Origin: an uncultured Bacteroidales bacterium
Lineage (GTDB): Bacteria > Bacteroidota > Bacteroidia > Bacteroidales > VadinHA17
Length of the DNA stretch: 40,000 nt
Reading direction: 5' to 3'
Assembly: GCA_963809855.1 (NCBI GenBank)
Contig: CAWELF010000001.1
Span: 1,573,446-1,613,445 of the forward strand
In this document: positions 27,081 through 36,681 of the stretch, piece by piece
How positions within the stretch are numbered: the first letter of the stretch is position 1
Layout of the letters: the number at the start of each line of letters is the position of its first letter
Position numbers and translations under genes: made by a program
The notes under the pieces: generated by a model
What the model was told of the DNA's origin: nothing
Seen by the model: the letters and a program-made list of their open reading frames with translations, nothing else
Database searches by the model: none

Positions 27081-29523
27081 ATCTTGTTTCTTTAATATTA
27101 AGATCTTTTAAAACAATTCTTGTACGTAAAAAATACTCTATAAAGATTTCAGATAAATCACCAAACATTAAACCAGTATCTCTGCCTGCACTCAACATTC
27201 TAACGATTTCCCTAAAATATATATCTTCAACATCAGTTACATAATGTTGCATAAATGACATCATGCTACCCTTAACCTCTTCCAATCGCAATAATTTACT
27301 ACTGCGTAGATACTCTTCAAGTAAACTTTTTCTCTTATGTTCCTTCACATAAGATGGAGTAGAAAGCCCAAAAAGAGGTTGACTAAAATACTGGTAGACA
27401 GGTAATATAATGCTCCAGAATTTTCTCTCTTTTTCCTCATCATTTTTAAAAGAATTGTCCCAATATCCGAAGAATGAATCTTGTAATTCATTGTTATCGT
27501 AGGCCTTAAATAGTAAAATTGTTATTGAAGAAATCTCAAGTAAATCTATGATTATTGGGTATAGCTTAGAACTTGTATATTCAAGTCGCTTGATATCTAT
27601 CTTTTCACGCAAGCTTTCAATATAAAGTACATTATACGTATAAAAATGAGGTAAATATTTTGCTAATTTGGCGCCATCGTCTTCAAATGCTTTTTTAAGA
27701 ATATCTTCACATATTAATTGATAAAAGTTTCCATAAATATCTGGCAAATTGTTGTTTTTAAGAGAGTAACTTGATAATCCTAAGTTCCAGATTTCGGAGA
27801 TAACATTTTCTCTGAAAATGTTATTAAGTTCTAATAGTTTACTCCGTTCATCAAAGTTGAATTCTATCTCCTTCTTAAGATTCAATGGATTAATTTCATT
27901 TTTAATTTTGTTTTCCACTATTCCAGAAAAAAAAGCGACTTTGTTATAAACATCTTGTGACTCTATTAAAAATTCAAGTGACTCAAGAAAATATTTTGAA
28001 TCTTTTAACTTTTTGGAAAAAGAAATTACTCTTTTATGTATGTTCTTTCCGATTTCTTCAATATGCCCTTTGAAAAGAAGTTGAATTTGATTTGCTAGTT
28101 CAAATTCAGTGTAAAACAGAGGGGTTAATGTTTTATTATCATTATACTTTTCAGTTTGAAGTTTTTCCTGATAAGAATCTGCCCATTTGCGAATCTTATA
28201 AGGTGATTGAAGTATCTCGTCTGTGCTCTCAAATTGATGGATCCCTCTAGCTAAGCTTTTGATTCGTCCTGTGTTAATTATTTTTCCAAAATTATGATTG
28301 AATCCTACCAAATATTGAATCTGTAGATTAGCATAAAGAGAAACTAATTGAAGATTTACTTCTTCTTTATCTCTTCCTTGTAGTAGGATTTTATCTTCAA
28401 GGAATGTTTCAAGTTTGTTAAAGAATAAATCAAACAATTCACTTTCACATTGAAAAGCAATTATGTGAAGATATTTATATTGATCTAAAACTAGTTGGAT
28501 AAGGCTTGAATCGTTATCAAGGTGTTCAAAAATGTAGAATTGAATCTTAATAATTTGTTTTTCAATATACCAGCAATCATCTACTGTTTCAGGTATTAAA
28601 GGGGCACCTACACGACTAAATAATTCCAATTCTGTACTAGAGACTTCATCCCATCTTTTGTTTCTTTGAATTTTTGGATGCCATCCTTTATTAGAAGGAA
28701 AAGTATGCTTAAAAGAATTATATAGAATTGCGAATTCAAGTAGTTCACTAGATATACTGTCAAAAGCAGTATTTGACAATTGTGGCTTTGTGCTCTCTTC
28801 GGCAATCAACCTAATTTTTTCTACATTTCGTCTTATACCTGAAATAATCTCAATACCTTTCTCTGAGTTAAAGTACTTTTTATTTTTATATGATCGAGTT
28901 AATATGTGATTGCTAGAACTAATCAAATCGAATACTAAATTTCCTGCATTGAAATAAATTAAAGAATATCTACCATAATAGATGAAGGAAAGTAGAGTCG
29001 CAATTACGGATATGGTAAAAAGAATACAGCTAATTATTGTAGGTTGATATCCTATCATCAGCAGCAATTGAAAAATAATTGAAGAGGCGACAAGGATTGC
29101 GAGCAATTTAAAATATTTATTGATGGTTTTTTGTTCAATTAATTGATTTATAATCGCGCTATTTATATTTGAATACTTAGAGGTTATAATATTTAAAAAG
29201 GTTGTAAAAAACAAGCCAAGAATTATACCTAGTACACCGGCAACAATTACTATTACATCTTTAAAATATTCAAGTATTTTAACACCGATGATATCATTAA
29301 TTTTAATTAAAACATAACCAATATTTTTTACATTTAATGTGGTAGAATTTATTAAAGCTACTTTCAATTCTCGACTTAAAAAGTCTAAGGATAGAAGAAA
29401 TCCTATATATAAGATCGAGATCAGGAAACTAGATAAACTATTTCTAATGATTTTCTTAAGAAATAGGATATTTTCTCTTACCCAAGTTTTACTATCAAAA
29501 AATAATAGAAATAAATCACTCAA
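27037..29523 (-). CDS. Large membrane protein: about 5-6 N-terminal TM helices plus a ~600-aa soluble region
   Basis: 828-aa ORF. Hydrophobic segments include FLISILYIGFLLSLDFL, VIVIVAGVLGIILGLFFTTFL, LLAILVASSIIFQLLLMIGY and IISCILFTISVIATLLSFIYY. No catalytic motif recognised. Confidence 0.7.
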   Translation of the reverse strand: MSDLFLLFFDSKTWVRENILFLKKIIRNSLSSFLISILYIGFLLSLDFLSRELKVALINSTTLNVKNIGYVLIKINDIIGVKILEYFKDVIVIVAGVLGIILGLFFTTFLNIITSKYSNINSAIINQLIEQKTINKYFKLLAILVASSIIFQLLLMIGYQPTIISCILFTISVIATLLSFIYYGRYSLIYFNAGNLVFDLISSSNHILTRSYKNKKYFNSEKGIEIISGIRRNVEKIRLIAEESTKPQLSNTAFDSISSELLEFAILYNSFKHTFPSNKGWHPKIQRNKRWDEVSSTELELFSRVGAPLIPETVDDCWYIEKQIIKIQFYIFEHLDNDSSLIQLVLDQYKYLHIIAFQCESELFDLFFNKLETFLEDKILLQGRDKEEVNLQLVSLYANLQIQYLVGFNHNFGKIINTGRIKSLARGIHQFESTDEILQSPYKIRKWADSYQEKLQTEKYNDNKTLTPLFYTEFELANQIQLLFKGHIEEIGKNIHKRVISFSKKLKDSKYFLESLEFLIESQDVYNKVAFFSGIVENKIKNEINPLNLKKEIEFNFDERSKLLELNNIFRENVISEIWNLGLSSYSLKNNNLPDIYGNFYQLICEDILKKAFEDDGAKLAKYLPHFYTYNVLYIESLREKIDIKRLEYTSSKLYPIIIDLLEISSITILLFKAYDNNELQDSFFGYWDNSFKNDEEKERKFWSIILPVYQYFSQPLFGLSTPSYVKEHKRKSLLEEYLRSSKLLRLEEVKGSMMSFMQHYVTDVEDIYFREIVRMLSAGRDTGLMFGDLSEIFIEYFLRTRIVLKDLNIKETRYGSNIRRNLETDSE

Positions 29524-30268
29524 ATTGTTTGTTATTAAAGATGTTTGTTTTTTTGCAAGTTAAAGAAACTTTACGACTTTGGATGTTTTAAATCTCTAAC
29601 ACCTGATCAACTTATTTCTTATATCTGACTGTGACATAATATTTAAGGTTGTTAATTTATTGTAGGCAGCAAATAAACAATTAAAGCATTATTCTTTAGG
29701 AGAGAAGGCTCATTTGCAGCTAATATATTTTTATTGAATACTTCATATAAAGTGCTGCAAATGTGCCTTTAAAACTTTCTCGAATTAAGTGAGTTTTATC
29801 TTTGCAAGCTCTTCCCGCCGTACAGAATTACATTTATTTGTCAATGCTCTATCGGCGGGATGTGCTTGCAAATGATCCCTATTTAAAAAAGTAAGATGGC
29901 ATTCTTAGAAACCGGAGAGATTTCCTTTTCTCCTGTTGTGAAAGTTAATGTCTGCAATACAATCCTGTCTGATAAAAGGATGGAGAACGAATGCCATCTT
30001 ATTTCTTATACTGTTTATTAATTGGTGACTTTTTCAAGCATAACAGCAATACTCTGAATAGTTTATTTCTATTCCTAATTTATGGAATTGACAGATATTA
30101 TTTGAAGACATAATTTTGTAGTGGAATTTATGTTTCGACTCGTGAATCGTACTAAAAGCTATCAGAATATCCTTTTGATGAGAGATCGTGCCCTACTTTT
30201 AATCGGACATGCTAGTCTTTGTCATTCAATAACTAAACAAAAGAGTCATAAATGTGAACTTCAGAACG

Positions 30269-30562
30269 CCGGAACCCTTCGTTTTTATTCCGGAACTGAT
30301 CTTTGTTTTACCGGACACGATCTTTGGATTACCGGAGCCGATCTTTGGATTACCGGAGCTGATCTTTGGAATGCCGGAACTGATCTTTGGTTTACCGGAG
30401 CCGATCTTTGGATTGCCGGAGCTCATCTTTGGATTGCCGGAGCTCATCTTTGGTTTACCGGAACCGATCTTTGGGTTACCGGAGACGATCTTTGGATTAC
30501 CGGAACTGATCTTTGGTTTACCGGAGACGATCTCTGGATTACCGGAGGCGATCTCTGGGTTA
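30269..30562. repeat. Tandem repeat, 21 bp x 14 (first unit degenerate)
   Basis: Unit CCGGAGCCGATCTTTGGATTA, with units starting at 30290 and every 21 nt to 30542. Eleven of the 13 clean units contain GATC, and all contain CCGG. The array ends 76 nt upstream of the 30639 start codon. Confidence 0.95.
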
Positions 30563-30638
30563 CTACTTATGATTTTCAAACTCTACCAAGAACTCTCAAT
30601 AATTATCTATTTCAATCACTAACTTAAAATTTAATGTC

Positions 30639-31568
30639 ATGACAACAAATCAGAAGATCAAATTAAGAATGTACCTGGGCGTCAGGAATTTTGTAAGTCA
30701 GAATGAATCAACTGCCAACTCAATCCCAAAATTTGCACAGAGCTCAGCAAACCTGCTTCTGTCGATTGATGAGATTCAATTAATCGGTGAGATGCAGGGA
30801 ACGAACAAGACAGGTCTCGCACTTGATAAGAACAGACTAAAGATGAACCTTATTAATCTGGCTGTTAAGTATTCCAACAGAATAGCCATACTTGCGAAGC
30901 TGACAAAAAATGATACTTTACTTAAAGAGGTAAAGTTTAATGAATCGGATCTTCTTAGATTATCCGAAGTGACCTTAAAAGAAAGAACAAAAATCATTTA
31001 TGATAAAGCTGAAGCCAATCTTGGGAACCTGGCAGAACAAGGTATTACCCCTAATACACAAAAGAATTTTCTGGAAACAATAACAGCATTCAATAAAGCA
31101 CTAGAAACGCCAAGGACCGGAATAGCTGAAAAAAGTAAGGCTACACAGAAGCTTCTAGTATCGTTTGACAAAGCTGATTCTGAGATTGAAATTATGGATC
31201 TGGCAGCAGGGTCGGCAAAAGATGAGTACCCCGATTTCTTCAATGGTTATAGAACATCCAGAAAACTTATTGACTCCAATTCAGGAACATTGGCTCTTAA
31301 AGCAGCTGCCAGAGATTTTGTAAATGGAGAACCGGTAAGCGGGGCAATTTTTATTTTTAAGCTCGAAGATATAAAAGCTACTGGAGGAACCGGGATTGGT
31401 GAGATAATTAAAAAAACCTCTAAAAAAGGAAATTTCCATGTGAAAAATATGGAGACCGGAACCTACAAAGTTGTAGTAAGTAAGCAGGGATATAAAAATA
31501 AAGAGGCTTCAATTAATGTCGCTGATGGAGAGAGAAGTGATTTGACTGTTGAACTGGAAAAGGCTTAA
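30639..31568 (+). CDS. Hypothetical protein with a C-terminal carboxypeptidase-regulatory-like beta-sandwich
   Basis: 309-aa ORF. The C-terminus GNFHVKNMETGTYKVVVSKQGYKNKEASINVADGERSDLTVEL resembles the CarboxypepD_reg pattern. The N-terminal ~220 aa is helical and unassigned. Confidence 0.65.
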   Translation: MTTNQKIKLRMYLGVRNFVSQNESTANSIPKFAQSSANLLLSIDEIQLIGEMQGTNKTGLALDKNRLKMNLINLAVKYSNRIAILAKLTKNDTLLKEVKFNESDLLRLSEVTLKERTKIIYDKAEANLGNLAEQGITPNTQKNFLETITAFNKALETPRTGIAEKSKATQKLLVSFDKADSEIEIMDLAAGSAKDEYPDFFNGYRTSRKLIDSNSGTLALKAAARDFVNGEPVSGAIFIFKLEDIKATGGTGIGEIIKKTSKKGNFHVKNMETGTYKVVVSKQGYKNKEASINVADGERSDLTVELEKA

Positions 31569-31883
31569 TCAAATAACCCCCCAGCCCCCTAGGTGGGGGT
31601 TAATTCTTACTAATACATAATTTTTATATGATGAAATCGAAAATTTTCACACTCGACTACGGATCTGTTAAATGGTCTTCTCATTGCCTTCCTGGCTGCA
31701 TTTATTGATGGGATCATAAAGATACTTGGATCAGGAGTATCATTTGAATGGCCCCACATCCAGCCGGTTCTGATTGCTGGCATTAGTGCTGCATTGGCTT
31801 ATCTTCTAAAAAGCCTGTCGACGAATTCCCGGAATCAGTTATTTACAAAAGAACCGGGATAGTCTGAATGGTATTTGAAATGA

Positions 31884-31917
31884 AACCTGTCGTGGCAAAA
31901 AGCGGCAGGTTTTTTTA
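31884..31917 (+). terminator. Rho-independent terminator-like hairpin
   Basis: AACCTGTCG-tggcaaaaag-CGGCAGGTT followed by TTTTTTATT. Confidence 0.55.
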
Positions 31918-31949
31918 TTCTGGAAGTAAAACAAAATAATACCTAAAGT

Positions 31950-32405
31950 CTAATTAATCCAGGTTTTTAATTTCAGAACAGCAGGATTTTTTTCTTGTAA
32001 GAGTTCATCAATCAGTTTGCCAAAATTATCCAGTCTGTGGTGAATTACATCATGTAAATCGTTTGGTTTTAGAGGTAATCCATGTTTACCAATATCTATC
32101 TTTTGTTTTCTACAAGCCGCAATTATCCAGTCTTCAAGTTTGCCTTTCAATATTAAAACGATGTTACCAGAAGTATCAGTAAAGTACCTGATTCCTTCAA
32201 ATTCTTCTCTGAATTTTAAAGATTCTTCATATCTGGTTTTTGTGCTTCCAGGGTCCTCGTCGACAATTGCAATCAGATTTTTGTTCTTTCGAAGGGTACT
32301 GAATATTCTTGATTTTCCCTGATGGTGGGTAATGAACTTTCTGGTGTGCCCAAGTTTTATGACTAATTTTTCATCGGGAAGACACTCAACATGGACATGT
32401 TTCAT
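31950..32405 (-). CDS. Small Toprim-like protein (candidate nuclease partner of the upstream ATPase)
   Basis: 151-aa ORF whose start overlaps the ATPase stop by 4 nt. It has an early glutamate (HVHVECLPDE) and a DxD motif (LIAIVDEDPG), as in Toprim/DUF4435-type domains. Assigned by eye only. Confidence 0.4.
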   Translation of the reverse strand: MKHVHVECLPDEKLVIKLGHTRKFITHHQGKSRIFSTLRKNKNLIAIVDEDPGSTKTRYEESLKFREEFEGIRYFTDTSGNIVLILKGKLEDWIIAACRKQKIDIGKHGLPLKPNDLHDVIHHRLDNFGKLIDELLQEKNPAVLKLKTWIN

Positions 32406-33388
32406 AAATCAAGAATTTTATCAAAATTGAAAAATACATCAGAGTTCAATTCCAAAACCTCAGAAATCTGAGCCGGATTTAGCGCAGTTATTGAAGTCTG
32501 GTAATCTTTCATTTGAACAATACAAACATTCAGATCATTTTTACTTGATTTTTCAATCAGGCTTAATAAAAGATAAGGATTATGGGTAGCTATAAAAAAC
32601 TGATTTGTTTCGTCTAAAGCTATTCGCTCTGCCAGAATCTTCGTATAAAGAGGGAATGTGTTACTTTCAGGTTCATCAAGGAGTATCACATTTTCTTTGT
32701 TGCTCTTTATAGCGATTGTGTAAAAGATTATTCGTTGTAAAGTTTCAGATAATGAAAAATAGGGATAACTATAAATCTCACCTTCAACAATTTTGCTTGC
32801 CAATATTTCATTTTCGGTTGGTTTAAGGGTGAGAGTTAAATCTTTGGATTTAAGAAAATCAGATACCCATTTTTTGTATTCAGAGTTTGAGAGAAGCAAA
32901 GATGGCAAATTCTCTCCATTTGGAACAGAAAGGTGAGGCATGTAACCCTGAGAAAACTTAGAAAGTCTTTTATATTCGTAAAGATGAACATCTGTCTTAC
33001 TGCTATTTGCATTATGAATTATTTTGCCGTCGTGAGCAATATAAACCGGCTGATCAATGTCTTTCACTGAATCCAACAAGAAAGTGAATTGATTGTCAGG
33101 AGCTCCGTTTGCCCGGATTCCATATTTGAGTATTGTATTCCTGACATTCGAATTAATCTCAATAGGTTTATTAATGTCAAAATCATAAAACAGATCTCCT
33201 ATGGTTTTATACCGGAACATCTTATCATTCAAAGTGTCGCCAATGGCATTCTGACTCTGAAGTGACAATGCTTCAATTATATTGCTCTTCCCGCTGTTTG
33301 GTTCTCCTATTAAAACATTCAGTTTTTTACAGGAGAAAGTCAAATCTTTTATAGACTTGAAGTTCTTAATATTAAGTAGGTTGATCAT
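32402..33388 (-). CDS. AAA_15/AAA_21-type (ABC/OLD-like) ATPase
   Basis: 328-aa ORF. N-terminal IKNFKSIKDL...VLIGEPNSGKSNIIEAL (Walker A) and VILLDEPESNTFP (Walker B). Confidence 0.8.
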   Translation of the reverse strand: MINLLNIKNFKSIKDLTFSCKKLNVLIGEPNSGKSNIIEALSLQSQNAIGDTLNDKMFRYKTIGDLFYDFDINKPIEINSNVRNTILKYGIRANGAPDNQFTFLLDSVKDIDQPVYIAHDGKIIHNANSSKTDVHLYEYKRLSKFSQGYMPHLSVPNGENLPSLLLSNSEYKKWVSDFLKSKDLTLTLKPTENEILASKIVEGEIYSYPYFSLSETLQRIIFYTIAIKSNKENVILLDEPESNTFPLYTKILAERIALDETNQFFIATHNPYLLLSLIEKSSKNDLNVCIVQMKDYQTSITALNPAQISEVLELNSDVFFNFDKILDL

Positions 33389-33461
33389 ATAGTTATTTTG
33401 AGCAAATTTAATATTTAAATGTTAAAACAGTTCAGGTTAGAGAATGTTATCAGTTGAAGGT

Positions 33462-36400
33462 CTAAATTCTATTGTACTTTTTAAAATTCTCAGCTTGCTC
33501 AAAAATCTCAACATAAACTTCATCTCTCTCGACAGGAGGATAACCAAACTCATCTAATAATAATATCAGACCAACCTTTAAAGCCGATTTAATATCGTCT
33601 CGCTTATTCCAGTCCGGGAATTTAGACTGGCCATCAACTAACAACTTTACTGCTTTGGCGAGTTCAATTAATTTATCTTCTGGATAAGTGAAATCGTATT
33701 TGATACAGAGATCTAAAAGAATATCATAAAATGCTTTCTCCTCAAAATCAATACCCAGTTCATCACCGGCAGAAAATTCTTTATGAGCTTCCCAGATTAA
33801 ATTTGTAAGTTGATCTGCCATTTCTTCATAAACCTCACTTCTTAAAATATCATTTTCATCTCGCTGATTGTATTGATCTACCAAAGCCTGCATCTTTTTA
33901 GTGAAGTCAATGCCTTTTACTTTGTTGACTTTCTTTATTTCTCTTATTACCTTAGCTAATAGTTGTTGAAGCAATTTGATTTTGGTGTTTGGCAATTTGA
34001 TTTTATCAATCTTAGCCAGATAATCTTCATCAAAAATGTCTTGTTCGGATTCCTGATCGTCGCCTAACTTGAAGATCTCCTCTACCCCATCACTTGCCAA
34101 AGCATCTTTTATCATTTCACGAACTCTTGCATTCATTTGGGCTGTATCAGGAGCGTTCCCTTTTGTGAGTTTGAAAACTATTGAACGGACAGCCATATAA
34201 AAGTGCGTGTAATCTCTTTCCGTCTGAGTTAAATGCTCGCTTCCTGCGCAAATATCATAAGCTGCTTTCAATCGTTTCACAAACCCCATAAAACGGGTCT
34301 CAATATCTTTTGTGAGCTGTACATATTCCGCGGCCTGATTCAGGTTATGTAACTGTTGTAGTGTTGTGCCACTGAAATATTTGGAACTGTCAAAGTTGTG
34401 GAACAGTTTTGCAAGTAAATCAAGATGATTTCTTACAATGATGAGCGATTCAGCAATGTCTTCGAAATTATCTTCATCACCCTTGTTGTATTTGGCCAAT
34501 GCCAGGTTCATTTGCTTCTTAATACCAATGTAGTCAACAACAAGTCCTTTGTTTTTACCTGCATATTTCCGGTTAACTCTTGAAATGGTCTGGATTAAAT
34601 TGTGTTGCTGAACCGGTTTGTCGATGTACATAGTATCCAAAAATGGCACGTCGAAACCGGTGAGCCACATATCCACAATAATGGCAATCTTGAAATTTGA
34701 TTTTTCGTTCTTGAATTGGCGATCTAACTCCTTTCGTTGTTCTTTTGTCCCAATAAGTTTGTACATCTCCTCCGGATCATCCTGACTGCGTGTCATAATC
34801 AATTTAATCCGTTCTATTGGTTTGATCTCCCTTTGGTCTTTTTCAGATAAAACGGCTCCTTCCTCAGCAATTCGGATCTCAGCCCATTCAGGCCGAAGGG
34901 CAATAACATTTTTATAAAAAGCATAAGCAATTTCCCGGCTGCTGCAGACAAACATTGCTTTTCCTTTTACAGTAGCACCTTCGGAGACTCTGTTTTCATA
35001 ATGAGTTACAAAATCTTCTGCCAATGATAGTAACCGTTTGGGATCGCCAAGAATAGCATTCATTTTGGCGGTCTCTTCTTTGCTCTGTTCTATCTGGTAC
35101 TCATTGGCTCCTTCAACAGCTACCTGCTCATAGTATTTTTCAATCTTTTCAAGTTCACTATTGTTTAAGGCAATTTTAGCAGCACGACCTTCATATACTA
35201 TTCTTACAGTGATTTCATCCCTGACCGACTCGGTCATTGTGTATGCATCAATGACCTTCCCAAAAACATCAAGGGTGGCATCAATCGGAGTTCCGGTAAA
35301 TCCAACGAAAGTTGCATTCGGTAAGGAATCGTGCAGGTATTTTGCAAAGCCATAGGTTTTTGTGACACCCTTGTCTGTTACTTTTATCTTCTGATCGAGG
35401 TTAACCTGGGTCCGATGGGCTTCATCAGATATGCAGATTACATTGTTTCTATCACTGAGTAATTCGGTATCTTCTGTAAACTTATGAATAGTAGTTAAAA
35501 ATACGCCACCACTCTGCCTGCCCCGGATCAGGTTTCTTAATTCAGCCCGGCTTTCCACACTTACAATAGTATTATCACCAATAAAACGTTTGGCATTGGT
35601 AAACTGCTCTGATAACTGGTCATCGAGATCAATGCGGTCAGTAATTAAAACAATGGTAGGACTTTCGAAATGCTCGCTTTTCATCAGCAGGCGGGTGAGA
35701 TAAAGCATAGTAAAACTTTTTCCACAACCTGTTGCGCCGAAATAAGTTCCGCCTTTCCCATCACCTTTAGGCTTTTGAGCCAGCTTAATATTGTCGAAAA
35801 GACGTTTGGCTGCATAATACTGCGGATAGCGGCAAACTATCTTTTCGTTTTTCTTAGAACTATCCGGGAAGTAAATAAAGTTCCGAATTATGTCTCGAAA
35901 CCTATTGCGATTAAACATGCCCTGGATCATGGTATATATGCTGTCTATGCCATCTACATCTTTTGCCAGCCCAGCAACTCTCCGCCATGCATAGAAAAAC
36001 TCATAAGGGGCAAAAAACGAACCTGCTTTGTTGTTCACTCCATCGCTGATAACACAAAAAACATTGTATTTAAACAGTTCCGGAATATCGCGGCGGTATC
36101 GGATGGTTAATTGATTATATGCATCAAAAATAGTGGCTTCTTCACGGATAGCGCTTTTAAACTCAAATACGACCAGAGGTAAACCATTGATATAAACTAT
36201 GCCGTCGGGGATCCGTTTTTCTGAACCAACTATTTCCAGCTGATTAACAAATTTGTAAATGTTGTAATCGGGTGGGTATTTTAACTCAGGTTCTTCTTCT
36301 AATACATCCAAATCGGGGCTTGCAAGCTGTCTTTCAAGGCCATTATAATCAATTAACTCAATATGAATATCTTTCTGGCTGCGGTCTTCGCGTTTTAAGA

Positions 36401-36674
36401 TAAAGCCATCGGATAGCCATCGGAGAATAGTTTTGTTGCTTTCATACAGATCTGAAGAAGGGAGGGCTTTTAGCTGAAGAATAATAGATTTTGCTTCGGT
36501 ATTCGTGAGGTGCTGGTTTGCATATTTGGTTAACAAATAATGCAACAAATCTTCTTCTATCAATACTTCATCGACCTGTCGTGTAATAGAAATACCCAAA
36601 TGATGCGGAAATTTTTCGTTCCCCAGCAATTCAATAAAAGCAGATTCTAATTTTTCTTCGGTGAATTTCATCAT
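33462..36674 (-). CDS. hsdR: Type I restriction enzyme R subunit
   Basis: 1070-aa ORF. N-terminal FTEEKLESAFIELL, helicase motif I GATGCGKSFT, DEAH box ICISDEAHRT, and a size typical of HsdR. Confidence 0.9.
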   Translation of the reverse strand: MMKFTEEKLESAFIELLGNEKFPHHLGISITRQVDEVLIEEDLLHYLLTKYANQHLTNTEAKSIILQLKALPSSDLYESNKTILRWLSDGFILKREDRSQKDIHIELIDYNGLERQLASPDLDVLEEEPELKYPPDYNIYKFVNQLEIVGSEKRIPDGIVYINGLPLVVFEFKSAIREEATIFDAYNQLTIRYRRDIPELFKYNVFCVISDGVNNKAGSFFAPYEFFYAWRRVAGLAKDVDGIDSIYTMIQGMFNRNRFRDIIRNFIYFPDSSKKNEKIVCRYPQYYAAKRLFDNIKLAQKPKGDGKGGTYFGATGCGKSFTMLYLTRLLMKSEHFESPTIVLITDRIDLDDQLSEQFTNAKRFIGDNTIVSVESRAELRNLIRGRQSGGVFLTTIHKFTEDTELLSDRNNVICISDEAHRTQVNLDQKIKVTDKGVTKTYGFAKYLHDSLPNATFVGFTGTPIDATLDVFGKVIDAYTMTESVRDEITVRIVYEGRAAKIALNNSELEKIEKYYEQVAVEGANEYQIEQSKEETAKMNAILGDPKRLLSLAEDFVTHYENRVSEGATVKGKAMFVCSSREIAYAFYKNVIALRPEWAEIRIAEEGAVLSEKDQREIKPIERIKLIMTRSQDDPEEMYKLIGTKEQRKELDRQFKNEKSNFKIAIIVDMWLTGFDVPFLDTMYIDKPVQQHNLIQTISRVNRKYAGKNKGLVVDYIGIKKQMNLALAKYNKGDEDNFEDIAESLIIVRNHLDLLAKLFHNFDSSKYFSGTTLQQLHNLNQAAEYVQLTKDIETRFMGFVKRLKAAYDICAGSEHLTQTERDYTHFYMAVRSIVFKLTKGNAPDTAQMNARVREMIKDALASDGVEEIFKLGDDQESEQDIFDEDYLAKIDKIKLPNTKIKLLQQLLAKVIREIKKVNKVKGIDFTKKMQALVDQYNQRDENDILRSEVYEEMADQLTNLIWEAHKEFSAGDELGIDFEEKAFYDILLDLCIKYDFTYPEDKLIELAKAVKLLVDGQSKFPDWNKRDDIKSALKVGLILLLDEFGYPPVERDEVYVEIFEQAENFKKYNRI

Positions 36675-36681
36675 GCTTTCT

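Noticed and set aside
30121-30627. Three overlapping ORFs across the 21-bp tandem repeat might be real heptad-repeat proteins.
   Set aside because: The 21-bp period is a multiple of 3 and the unit has no stop codons in at least three of the six frames, so long ORFs arise automatically. The substitution pattern does not favour one frame. The region is kept as a repeat, with coding left as an open alternative.
31628-31862. There might be a small membrane-protein gene after the 309-aa gene.
   Set aside because: The ATG frame stops after about 26 codons. The long hydrophobic frame (LLNGLLIAFLAAFIDGIIKILG...) has no ATG. It may be a frameshifted remnant, but support for a feature is insufficient.
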